From an uncultured virus (IMG/VR IMGVR_UViG_3300028196_001171) (Duplodnaviria; Heunggongvirae; Uroviricota; Caudoviricetes), in the IMG/VR virus record IMGVR_UViG_3300028196_001171: a DNA stretch of 55,066 bases. One strand, 5' to 3'. Each line of letters starts with the position of its first letter. Positions within the stretch are counted from its first letter, which is position 1. Positions 1-9,866 of this stretch are shown piece by piece. The position numbers and the translations under genes are program-made. The notes below the pieces were generated by a model that worked only from the letters and a program-made list of their open reading frames with translations, had not been told where the DNA came from and searched no databases.

Positions 1-3000
1 CTTATAAGACAAGGTCCAACTGAACAATTTGATTTTAATTACCAACCCATTGCAAATAATATAAAAACCAATTGGGTTATTAATGAGGTAACTAATGATT
101 ACTATATAAACTCAGGTAATAAATTAGGATACATGCGAGATGAGCAGTATGCATTTTTTATTAGATGGATATATAACACAGGTGAAAGATCTTCGTCATA
201 TCATATACCAGGTAGAGCATCTAAGGATTATACATTACCAAATGGAGATATTAAAAATGAAAGAGATATAATATCTGGTCCTAATACATTAGATCCTGCA
301 GGAGATCCTTTATTTAAAGTTTATAACACAAGTACCGTAGGTGCTTTAGTTAGTGAACAACAAGAAGATGGATCAACAATAATAGCTAGGGGAGAAATGG
401 CTTATTGGCAATCTACAGAAAAGTATCCTGATAAGCAACCTGAAATATGGAATTCAAGCTCACATACTTGGTCAAATGAATTTGATCCAGGTGCAGACTT
501 ATGCGGTGAATTTATTAGGCACCATAAAATGCCTAATGAAATGATTAACCCTGTACTAGGTTTAACAGATGGCACAGATACAGGTATATACATATTAGGT
601 GTAGAATTTTCAAATATAAAAAGACCTGTATATAATGATGGTAGTCCTATTACAAATATAGTAGGTTATGAATTACTCAGAGGATCTAGATTAGGGAATA
701 GAACTATACTTGCTAAAGGAATGTTCAAAAACATGCGTGAGTATGATTTGCCAGATACTGAAAATTTAATTGGTGATGCTCAAGGTTTATATCCTAATTA
801 CCCTTTTAATGATTTAAGACCTGATGTGTTTCATACAACAGTTAGAAAAACAAAAGGTTGTGATAATGGTGGTCCATTTTCTGGTTCTGCAATTAGTGAT
901 TTTCCACCTCTATCAGGTTTTAGAGAAGATGTTTTTACATTTCATTCTCCAGACTTAATGTTTACTAAGCCATATTTAAATGCATATGAAACAGTATTCT
1001 ATGGTAAGATAACCGGAGAATCATCAGGTTACTTTAAACCATCAGAAAAGCACCCTCAGTTTAAATTACTAAGAAATATTAGTGCTATAATTAGTGCATT
1101 AATAGGTGTAGGTTATGCTTTAAGAAATATTAATGGTACACCAGACACTAAAGCATTGCCAGTTCAGGGTATAAACAATGCATACCCTGAATGGAAGATT
1201 GAGGAAAGAGGTGGAGGTGGTGGAACTTGGAATGACTTTGCAACGGCTGCATCTCCAGGAGGTGTTGCAACTGCTAGCACAACAGGTAATATTAGCAGTC
1301 ATAAGGGTGGTGATGGTGATAATAGTGTAAAAGGTGGTGGTGCACATACATTAGCTAATGATGCTATTAATAGCTATGTGAATAGTCAAGGTGGTGGCCT
1401 TGGAGGCTGGTTAGGTGGTCTTATGGATTTGTTTACTGGTGGTATTCAAGATGTAGCAGATTTAACCGGGTTTGGAGACAGTACAAAAGAAAGACTAAAT
1501 CAGTTGGCTATAGATAACATGTCAGATACTGGTTCTACTGCTAATGGTGGTCTTATGGGTGGTGGTTCTCAAGAAGGAGTAACATTAGATACTTCAGAAT
1601 CAAACCTGGGAAATTTATTTAAAAAAGCTTTTGGTTTTGCATTACTCCAAAAAAATATTGCAGTTGGAGGTCAAGAAATAATAGATTTATTATATAACCT
1701 AAATTCTTTTCAGGAACATGTTTTAAAATATAATTCATATGGTTTCTATAATGATTTTAATGCCCATCCTTTAAACATAACATTTAGAACATTAAATGAA
1801 GCAGCTAATTATATAGGCTCTTCATTCCAAACATTTGATCAAAATAAATATAAAATAAATAATTTATTTAGACCTACTACTGTAGCAATTTCAACTAAAG
1901 ATAATATATCTTCAAACTATGGTGTAGAAGATAAATCTAGATTTGCTTTAGGTGGATTCTTTAATAGTAATGGTTCTGCATCAACACCAAATTGGCAGAG
2001 CAATTTGAAAAACCCAGAAGGTCCGTTTAAAAAACCTATATCTGCATTGTATGGTGCATTAAAGTTTAATATGGATAATCAATATGGGCAGCTTGATGGT
2101 ATAAAACAAATACAGCAAAGAGGTTGTGTAGAAAAAGTAGATCAATCAGATCCAGCTAATTTTAAATATACAAGTAAAGCTTTATTTAGTGGTGATGTAT
2201 TTATTTCTCACTACACCGAAAAATCTATTATGCCAATCTTTACTGACTTTTTAATTGGTCAGTATGATGGATACCCATATGATTATTACTTAAGGTACAA
2301 TGTACCCTTTCCAAGGTTTTGGCTTAACAGTAGAAAGTTTGATATGGCTGGTATGGCCACTACAATAAGTTCTTTTGGATTTAATGAATTGTTTGGTGGT
2401 AATGATATTGATGAGACTTTACCAAATGAATTATATTACTTAGATAGAGGTGATACTTGTGGATGGAACTTACTATCACTTTTTACTTCTGATGGTTTAA
2501 ATAGTGCATTTGCTATGAACCGTGCATATATGTATAGTCACATAAACGGGGTAAATGACTTTTATGTTGAAACAGAAATTAACTTACCATATAGAGATTG
2601 GGAAGAACCAAAAGAAAGAAGATTTTATGACAAGTATGATTACAATGATTTAGATGATTTGTTTCATGCTGAAATAGAAAAATTTGATAACTTTTATAAG
2701 TATGATGAGTCTTTAAGCCCATCTAAATTTATTAGCCAAAACAGTACGTTTGCAGAGCTGCAAACAAAAGACTACGACCCATACGTTGCAGAAAATTGTT
2801 ATGTCAATTATCCTAAGAGATTAATATATTCCTTACGTGCTGAAGAAGAAGATAGAAGAGATTACTGGAGACAGTATCTATTTGCTAATTATAAGGACTT
2901 TAAAAATAAAGTATCTGTTATAAAACCTTTCAGTAAGACCGGAGCATTAATGTTTTTCCCTTATCAATCACCACAATTATTTCAGGGTGTAGATAGTTTA

Positions 3001-5418
3001 AAAACAGATGCCGGTACTAAAATAACAATAGGAGATGGTGGATTGTTTAAACAAGCTTTACAAAATATAGTAAATAGTGATTTATCAAATGAGTATGGAT
3101 CATTAGAAAATCAACGTGGTGTTATAAATACAGCAGCAGGTTTATTTTTTATATCACAAGCTCAAGGTAAAATATTTCAATATACTCCGGGTAGTGGCTT
3201 GGTAGCCATATCAAACATGGGGATGAAATGGTGGTTTAATAAATATTTACCATCTAAATTTTTAAAACAATTTCCAGAGGCAGAAACAACAAAGTGGATA
3301 GACAATCCAGTAGTTGGTGTTGGTTGTCAAGTCATGTATGATCCAAATGATGATATAGTCTATTTTATGAAAAAAGACTATTCAATGAAATCTCAGTACG
3401 TAGTAAGAGCAACATTTACAGATAGATTAACTACACCTATTGATATTACTTTAGGTGGTAATGTAGTTGCTGTTGAGATAGGGGATCCAATATATTTTGA
3501 TGATTGTTCATGGACTATAAGCTATGATCCAAAAGCAAAAGCTTGGATTTCATTTCATGATTGGCATCCAGAATTTGCATTGCCAAGTATAAATCATTTC
3601 TTTACAACAAAAACTATAACAACTGATGTACCACAATGTCCTCCAGGTTATACCTTTAATTCAACAACTGGGTTGTGTGAGGATATTATAAATATAACTG
3701 AACCACAAACAGTAACAGTAGATGATATACCTGCAACTGTTACCGGTGGTCCACAAAATTGTTTATTAGATATTGTGATTGCTATAGATGCATCTGGTAG
3801 TACAGGTAATCCAAATCCTGGGACAAACAGTTTAGCAGATGCAGAATTGACTTGGTTAGTAGCTTTTATAAATGATCCTTCTATACAAGCAGCATTAACT
3901 GCAAACACTATGCAAATAGGTTTTTTAGCTTGGGCTACTAATAGTGCTCAAGGTAATCCAACAGGGACAGGGCAGTCTATGTTAGGAGCTGTTACTGGAG
4001 CTCAAGCAAGAACTTGGTTCCAAAATAACTGGTCAGGTACAAATGGTATACAGCAGCAGACCAATGCACAACTTGCAAGAAATAATGGATTAGCACAGCT
4101 TAATAATAAAGCCGGATCAGCTTATGCTGCTAACTATCCAGCAAGAAGTGCTGACCCTTTCTTTAGACAAGTTTTAATTGTAGTGACAGATGGTAATACA
4201 ATTACTTCAGGTAACGCTACATTAACTCCACAAAGTTTTAATGCTTTACAAAGTCCAAATGTAATACCTGGAGCAGGGGGTCCAGTCAATCAAGAATTAA
4301 TGTCTGTCTTTGTAGGGCCTAATGCAAATGGTCCAGGTAATGCCACTATTATTGATCAAATAACAGTTGGTGCTGGTGCGGGTCCAGCTAATGCATACTA
4401 TAATGCTACCACACAAACACCCGGACCTAATCAATTTATAATGAATGCAAGTAATCCTGCATCATTACAGGCTACAGCACAACAAATAGCAGGTCAAGTT
4501 TGTACTATTCCATTTAGTTGTGATTGTCCGGCAGGCTATACACTGGTATATCCAAATGCTACTAACGGATTTTATACAGATCCTACAGGAACATGTACTG
4601 ATGTAAATCCACCTATCTGTAGACAGGTTGTATGTCCTGACTGTCCTCCGGGGCCAACAGGTACTACAACAACTTCACTAGGCAGTTGCCCTGATACTTT
4701 TCCTGAACTAGGTTTAATAGGTGATCCAACTTGGGTTGACCCAACACCACCTTTATGTAATTATTATTATGCAGACTTTGTACAAGCTAATTACCAAGTT
4801 GGTTCATTCTGGAGACATAACGTAAGGTGTGATTTATTTGCTAATTACTATGGTGAAAGTTTCCCGTGGGAAATAGAGTTGATATCAAATACAGGTCAGT
4901 CAGTAAATACTATTAGAAGTATAGAATATCAGTTGGAAACATTTGTTTATAAAGGAGAACCAGAATACAATATGTGTGGAGGGGACAAATGGGAAGATCT
5001 TTTATTTAATTTTGATAAAGCAATTATTTATAATACAGAGCAGGTATCAGGATTATTGAATATAGAAATGCAACCCTTTAATGATCCATGGGCAGAAAAT
5101 GCATATCCAATAGTTAGTCCTAATGATATAACTGTTCTTTCTAGTAAAGTAGAACACAAGTTTAGAATAAATCAGTTTTATGATATTACAAATGATAGAG
5201 GTGAATTTACTAACTCAGAACAATCTGTATTTGATACACAATGTAATGGATATATTAGACCTTTAAATCAAACTAATTTAAATTACTTTAAGAGTCCTAC
5301 TCAACATAAAAAGTTTAGGCATTATTCTAATCATGTTTTATTAAGAAGACAAGAATCAGGGAATAGAAAAATGCTATTGAGATTAGACAATACTAAATTA
5401 TTACTATCAAAAAGATAA
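1..5418 (+). CDS. Tail nozzle/stabilization ('muzzle'-like) protein, 5'-truncated, with Gly-rich and Cys-rich/vWA insertions
   Basis: Frame 1 is open from base 1, so the true start is upstream of the window. GYMRDEQYAFFIRW, W-T-I-S-Y..W-ISFHDW and W-RHN motifs resemble crAss-like tail stabilization proteins. It lies immediately upstream of the cargo/RNAP genes. Confidence 0.7.
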   Translation, partial: LIRQGPTEQFDFNYQPIANNIKTNWVINEVTNDYYINSGNKLGYMRDEQYAFFIRWIYNTGERSSSYHIPGRASKDYTLPNGDIKNERDIISGPNTLDPAGDPLFKVYNTSTVGALVSEQQEDGSTIIARGEMAYWQSTEKYPDKQPEIWNSSSHTWSNEFDPGADLCGEFIRHHKMPNEMINPVLGLTDGTDTGIYILGVEFSNIKRPVYNDGSPITNIVGYELLRGSRLGNRTILAKGMFKNMREYDLPDTENLIGDAQGLYPNYPFNDLRPDVFHTTVRKTKGCDNGGPFSGSAISDFPPLSGFREDVFTFHSPDLMFTKPYLNAYETVFYGKITGESSGYFKPSEKHPQFKLLRNISAIISALIGVGYALRNINGTPDTKALPVQGINNAYPEWKIEERGGGGGTWNDFATAASPGGVATASTTGNISSHKGGDGDNSVKGGGAHTLANDAINSYVNSQGGGLGGWLGGLMDLFTGGIQDVADLTGFGDSTKERLNQLAIDNMSDTGSTANGGLMGGGSQEGVTLDTSESNLGNLFKKAFGFALLQKNIAVGGQEIIDLLYNLNSFQEHVLKYNSYGFYNDFNAHPLNITFRTLNEAANYIGSSFQTFDQNKYKINNLFRPTTVAISTKDNISSNYGVEDKSRFALGGFFNSNGSASTPNWQSNLKNPEGPFKKPISALYGALKFNMDNQYGQLDGIKQIQQRGCVEKVDQSDPANFKYTSKALFSGDVFISHYTEKSIMPIFTDFLIGQYDGYPYDYYLRYNVPFPRFWLNSRKFDMAGMATTISSFGFNELFGGNDIDETLPNELYYLDRGDTCGWNLLSLFTSDGLNSAFAMNRAYMYSHINGVNDFYVETEINLPYRDWEEPKERRFYDKYDYNDLDDLFHAEIEKFDNFYKYDESLSPSKFISQNSTFAELQTKDYDPYVAENCYVNYPKRLIYSLRAEEEDRRDYWRQYLFANYKDFKNKVSVIKPFSKTGALMFFPYQSPQLFQGVDSLKTDAGTKITIGDGGLFKQALQNIVNSDLSNEYGSLENQRGVINTAAGLFFISQAQGKIFQYTPGSGLVAISNMGMKWWFNKYLPSKFLKQFPEAETTKWIDNPVVGVGCQVMYDPNDDIVYFMKKDYSMKSQYVVRATFTDRLTTPIDITLGGNVVAVEIGDPIYFDDCSWTISYDPKAKAWISFHDWHPEFALPSINHFFTTKTITTDVPQCPPGYTFNSTTGLCEDIINITEPQTVTVDDIPATVTGGPQNCLLDIVIAIDASGSTGNPNPGTNSLADAELTWLVAFINDPSIQAALTANTMQIGFLAWATNSAQGNPTGTGQSMLGAVTGAQARTWFQNNWSGTNGIQQQTNAQLARNNGLAQLNNKAGSAYAANYPARSADPFFRQVLIVVTDGNTITSGNATLTPQSFNALQSPNVIPGAGGPVNQELMSVFVGPNANGPGNATIIDQITVGAGAGPANAYYNATTQTPGPNQFIMNASNPASLQATAQQIAGQVCTIPFSCDCPAGYTLVYPNATNGFYTDPTGTCTDVNPPICRQVVCPDCPPGPTGTTTTSLGSCPDTFPELGLIGDPTWVDPTPPLCNYYYADFVQANYQVGSFWRHNVRCDLFANYYGESFPWEIELISNTGQSVNTIRSIEYQLETFVYKGEPEYNMCGGDKWEDLLFNFDKAIIYNTEQVSGLLNIEMQPFNDPWAENAYPIVSPNDITVLSSKVEHKFRINQFYDITNDRGEFTNSEQSVFDTQCNGYIRPLNQTNLNYFKSPTQHKKFRHYSNHVLLRRQESGNRKMLLRLDNTKLLLSKR

Positions 5419-8400
5419 TGAGAAAAAATAAAAGCATAGGATTACCAGGTGGACCAAATGAAATAATTGTTGATCCAAAAGGACAATGGAATCATCCAGG
5501 AAAAAATACACGCATTGAAGGTAATCACATTACTATGCAAGATGTAGAATATCCAGTGTGGGCTCAACCTAATGTTGGTCCGGGAACAATGATGATGCCT
5601 GGTAGTGAACACTATTTTAAAAATGCAGATTATGTTGATGAGTTTCCTATGGCTCAAAAAGGTGTAGAGTTAAATAAAAAATATATTGATTCTACATTTA
5701 ATGCTAATATGGATAAACGTTGGGTACAAAGACTTTATGAAAAAAATCCAGAGTTTTATTTAGAAGGACAAACAGATCCTTCAACACATTTTATGGAGTC
5801 TGGAGACAGTATGGTTTACCCTTTAGTTGTTGAAGGAGATGATGGCAATTTAATGTTTGATAGAAAAAAAGGTAGATCCCAAGGAATTAAGTTTCCTACT
5901 GATGAGATAGCCCAATGGTTTGCAGAAAATTATAAAGATGGAACAGATGTATTAAAAGAAAAACAACGTGGTGGTGTTGCATCTAATATAAGCTATAATA
6001 GTCCAGCCCAAACATTGATGCCATTAGCAAGTTTGGTTAGTCCACCTAATCTTGTAAGAGCAGTGACACCTTTGCCACAAAATGCAAGTCAGCTTATTTT
6101 TAATAAATTAACAGGTTATGATAAATATAGTTTTGAAGATTCAACTTATCATGCAAATGAGCAACTTAAAAGAAGTGTTTTAAATGCAATTAAAAGAACA
6201 GGGCAAACAAAAGGAGGTACACAATATATAGATTATGGTCCTGAAATTGAAAAAGATCTTAACAGTCTTAATATGTCTTCTATAGATATGCTTGCAGGCA
6301 GTCTCCTATCACCAGAGCTAGCAGCAGCTACAACGTTTGGTAGAGTTAGTTATGAGCAAGATCCCAATACAGGAGACATAACTATATATGACTCTTATGA
6401 TTTTTCTTCTACTCCAGAAAAAAATACTTTTTACTCTAAAGTTAGAGGATTAGCGAGTGATGGAGAAAAGGGTAAACCAAGCGTTGTGGGAGTATTTAAT
6501 CCTAAAGATGAGACTAGTCTATCTAAAAAAGTAATGGAAAATTTTCTTAACCCAATAGATGCCTTAAACATTAAATATGGTGATATTAAAAGTGTTACTG
6601 ATATTCCCTCAAATTTATACAAAAAATTAAAAGAATATTTACCAACAACTCAAGATGTAATGGAATTAGGAAAATACCTCCCATCATTCCAAGATGCTGG
6701 AAGCACTTCTACTCCAACAAAGCAAATTGAATTCATGACTAACTGGGCAAATTCACCAATGCATAATCAAATGTTAAATGCTAGTTCTAGTTCAGAGGAA
6801 TTTAAAAATAAAGTTAAGCTTGCAAGAAGCAATTTTGATGATGTAAATATAGTTGATAAAGAAGTTGATGGATTTCTGGGACAGTATATTAATGGACAAG
6901 TAACAATGAACCCTTCAGCAATGGAAGAGTATGTAATAGGTAATGGTTACGATAGTGTTCTTGTTCATGAATTATCACATTTTACTGATGATGGTAATCC
7001 TGATAACAAGGGTTATTTTAAGGCAAGTAATATACCTTTATCTGACCGTAGACTAATTAAAAAATATGGTAAACAAGGAATAAAACGTTTAAAGGAAGAT
7101 GAAAAAGAACTTAATGAATTATTAAAGTCTGAAGGATTAACACCTAATGATAAGGAAGTTATTCAAGAAAGAATTAACCGTGCCAGATACTTAAATAGAG
7201 ATACAGAAACAAGATCAAGAATAAATGCTACAAGATATTTTTATGAAGAGGATGAAGACTTTGGTAGAAGTAGTGAAAGAAACATAGACAAAAACTTACC
7301 TAGTATATTTGATTCAAAGGTAACTCCTGAGATGATTGAGATAATGAAAAAAAGTGGACAGTATAAACAACTACAGGAAATTTATACGGATGATCAGATA
7401 CTAGAAATGTTTAATACTATATCAGACAGTAAAACTCCGGAAAAAAGCTTTGATGTATTAAATGCAAGATATGGAAAAGAATTACCAACTGCTCAAAAAG
7501 GTAAAAGTATAGTAACAGCATTATTAAAAAAAGCAAAAGAATGGGCACCAAGTGTTTTTGGAAAAATAGATAATGTAGCAAAAAATTCAGATAATGTAGT
7601 TAAAGCTGTTAGTAACACTAGTAAGAAAGGTCTTTATGAAATGCTTCCTATTAGAAAGTTAGAATCTCCTACACATTATGGTTCTATAAAGATGGATGAT
7701 GGTACTGTCCAAAATGCTTTAGATATGCTTAAAGCACAAGGAAAGTATGCTGATGATATGGGATATAAGATAGAAGATTTAGTAGGTGAGAACGTACAGT
7801 ATTTAGGTAATCAAGGTGGTAGATCTATTGTTAATGTCCCATTACCAAATGGTAAGAGTCAACTGTTTTACAAATCTACTGACTTAGCAGGTAAAGGTAC
7901 AGAAGGTCTTTGGCAACCCTATGCAGGTCATGCAACTATATTAGATTTTCCAGGACATGGACAAGTTGAAAATTGGTTTATTAAAGATAGTGGATTTAAA
8001 AATTGGTATGATAGTCAATCATTTAGAGACATAGCTGGTAACTTAGATAGAATAGCAGCAGAACAAGGATGGGATATGTCTGAACAAATACTAAAAAGTA
8101 AATTGAAACATGGTGGTGATTTACCACAAGCTCAACGTGGAAAAGCTATAATCAAAGGCATACTAAAGAAAGCTGATGAATTTATACCAACAGTAAAAAA
8201 TTTTTTTAAAAGCGTTGATGACTTTGAATTTAAAAATTTACCAAGTATAGAAGAAAAACAATTTATGAAAGTTGTAGATGGTGAATTTGATGTAGTTGAG
8301 TATGATCATCTTATACCTACACAACAAGAAATTTCAGACATAGCTAAGGCAACTAGAAAAAGATTACTTTCTGATAAGTTTATAAAAAACAATATGGAAG

Positions 8401-9812
8401 CTACTGGACGTAGCAAAGATGAAATAACAGGTTATATTGATGATTATATAAAAGAGTTTGAAAATTCTACTCTTTCTTTTGATAAACTAGATGGTACTGC
8501 TGGTGGATTATATACTAGAGGTAAAATTACTATTGACCCAAGAAAGCCACACCTTACTAAAGAAAATGTATTAGGAGTACTAGAGCATGAAATAGAACAT
8601 ATGTTTAGTAATGTAGGTCAACAAGGAAGTGATCTATATAGACACCCAAAATTAAGACTTGTTGATAATAATCCAGCATTAGATGTAGAATATTTAAGTA
8701 GACCATGGGAGCAACAAGTAAGGTTTAGAAAAGCACTTAACTGGTTAGAAAAAAATGCAGGATTAAAATCAGGGGATAATGTAACAGATGAACAAGTTGC
8801 AAAACTAACAGATGCTATAGCAAATTGGTCAAAGGAAGCAGGAAAAGATTTTAGAGGTACAGGTGCAAATTATGATATCCAGCATTTATTCTCAAGTTTA
8901 GATGCAGAACAATTTTTAAAACCAGGTCAGTATCTAATGCCCAATGCCCCAAGAACTGCAAATTTAGAAAACAGTAATGTTAGAAAAGCAATAAAAGATA
9001 TTTTAAATAAAACATATATGGCAGCACCAGTAATAGGTGGAGCGTATACTGTTAAGGAGTTACAAGAAAGTGGTCAGTTGCCTATAAAACAAAAAGGGGG
9101 ACCAACCGGATATGATCCATATTTTGATATTGATGATGAGTCTAAACAAAGAAGAGAAAAATTAAATACTGCATTAAGCACGGTAGTTGCTAATTCAGAT
9201 AATGATTCAAATTTAGAAGCATTGTTGTTAATGACTGCTGCTATGGAAAATTCATATGGAGGAAATTCTGGTGCATATGGTAGAAATTATACAAGAGGTC
9301 CAATGTCCATAGATGATGCAGCTTATAATGATTTGTTTGATCCTAGAGGAGAAAATAATAGATATACAGCTCAACAAAAAAAGATGTTTGATTGGTTAAG
9401 TTCAATGGGCTTAGATCCATCAAATATGAACAACGTATTAAAAGCAGGAGATGAATTAGCGGGAATGGCTACTGCTAGAATGCAATATGCTAGATCTCCT
9501 GAGAGTTTACCTAGCTTACAAGATCCAAATGCAATGTATGACTATTACATGAAATTTTATAACAAAACAAATGCTGATCATAAAGAAAGATTTATGGGAA
9601 ACTATAATGCATTTATTAAACCAAAACTAAAAACAGGTGGTGAGAGTAATCCATATAGTAGATATAAGACATATGTAAATGGTGGTTTTGTTGGATCAAA
9701 TGAAGATAAAAAAAATTATGATAAATTAAATAGAATCAATTATGCAGAGGCTAAAGCATTAGGTATGACTCCTGCAAATTATATAATGACTGAGATTTCT
9801 AAGCGTTCTTAA
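5418..9812 (+). CDS. Modular (polyvalent) putative virion cargo protein: two HExxH metallopeptidase domains, a lysozyme-like domain and unknown modules
   Basis: 1464-aa ORF coupled by TAATG overlap. HELSH at 6966-6980, HEIEH at 8586-8600 and LLLMTAAMENSYG at about 9220. Modules are separated by LPxAQxG/xxGG motifs. Confidence 0.7.
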   Translation: MRKNKSIGLPGGPNEIIVDPKGQWNHPGKNTRIEGNHITMQDVEYPVWAQPNVGPGTMMMPGSEHYFKNADYVDEFPMAQKGVELNKKYIDSTFNANMDKRWVQRLYEKNPEFYLEGQTDPSTHFMESGDSMVYPLVVEGDDGNLMFDRKKGRSQGIKFPTDEIAQWFAENYKDGTDVLKEKQRGGVASNISYNSPAQTLMPLASLVSPPNLVRAVTPLPQNASQLIFNKLTGYDKYSFEDSTYHANEQLKRSVLNAIKRTGQTKGGTQYIDYGPEIEKDLNSLNMSSIDMLAGSLLSPELAAATTFGRVSYEQDPNTGDITIYDSYDFSSTPEKNTFYSKVRGLASDGEKGKPSVVGVFNPKDETSLSKKVMENFLNPIDALNIKYGDIKSVTDIPSNLYKKLKEYLPTTQDVMELGKYLPSFQDAGSTSTPTKQIEFMTNWANSPMHNQMLNASSSSEEFKNKVKLARSNFDDVNIVDKEVDGFLGQYINGQVTMNPSAMEEYVIGNGYDSVLVHELSHFTDDGNPDNKGYFKASNIPLSDRRLIKKYGKQGIKRLKEDEKELNELLKSEGLTPNDKEVIQERINRARYLNRDTETRSRINATRYFYEEDEDFGRSSERNIDKNLPSIFDSKVTPEMIEIMKKSGQYKQLQEIYTDDQILEMFNTISDSKTPEKSFDVLNARYGKELPTAQKGKSIVTALLKKAKEWAPSVFGKIDNVAKNSDNVVKAVSNTSKKGLYEMLPIRKLESPTHYGSIKMDDGTVQNALDMLKAQGKYADDMGYKIEDLVGENVQYLGNQGGRSIVNVPLPNGKSQLFYKSTDLAGKGTEGLWQPYAGHATILDFPGHGQVENWFIKDSGFKNWYDSQSFRDIAGNLDRIAAEQGWDMSEQILKSKLKHGGDLPQAQRGKAIIKGILKKADEFIPTVKNFFKSVDDFEFKNLPSIEEKQFMKVVDGEFDVVEYDHLIPTQQEISDIAKATRKRLLSDKFIKNNMEATGRSKDEITGYIDDYIKEFENSTLSFDKLDGTAGGLYTRGKITIDPRKPHLTKENVLGVLEHEIEHMFSNVGQQGSDLYRHPKLRLVDNNPALDVEYLSRPWEQQVRFRKALNWLEKNAGLKSGDNVTDEQVAKLTDAIANWSKEAGKDFRGTGANYDIQHLFSSLDAEQFLKPGQYLMPNAPRTANLENSNVRKAIKDILNKTYMAAPVIGGAYTVKELQESGQLPIKQKGGPTGYDPYFDIDDESKQRREKLNTALSTVVANSDNDSNLEALLLMTAAMENSYGGNSGAYGRNYTRGPMSIDDAAYNDLFDPRGENNRYTAQQKKMFDWLSSMGLDPSNMNNVLKAGDELAGMATARMQYARSPESLPSLQDPNAMYDYYMKFYNKTNADHKERFMGNYNAFIKPKLKTGGESNPYSRYKTYVNGGFVGSNEDKKNYDKLNRINYAEAKALGMTPANYIMTEISKRS

Positions 9813-9842
9813 ACCTTTAAAATTAGTGATTCTAAGTAATTA

Positions 9843-9861
9843 TTTGTATATTAATAATATA
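9843..9861 (+). promoter_or_regulatory. Putative phage late promoter motif TTTGTATATTA...TATA
   Basis: The same motif occurs at 38839, 42415 and 42490, always intergenic and upstream of + strand genes. Confidence 0.55.
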
Positions 9862-9866
9862 ATATT

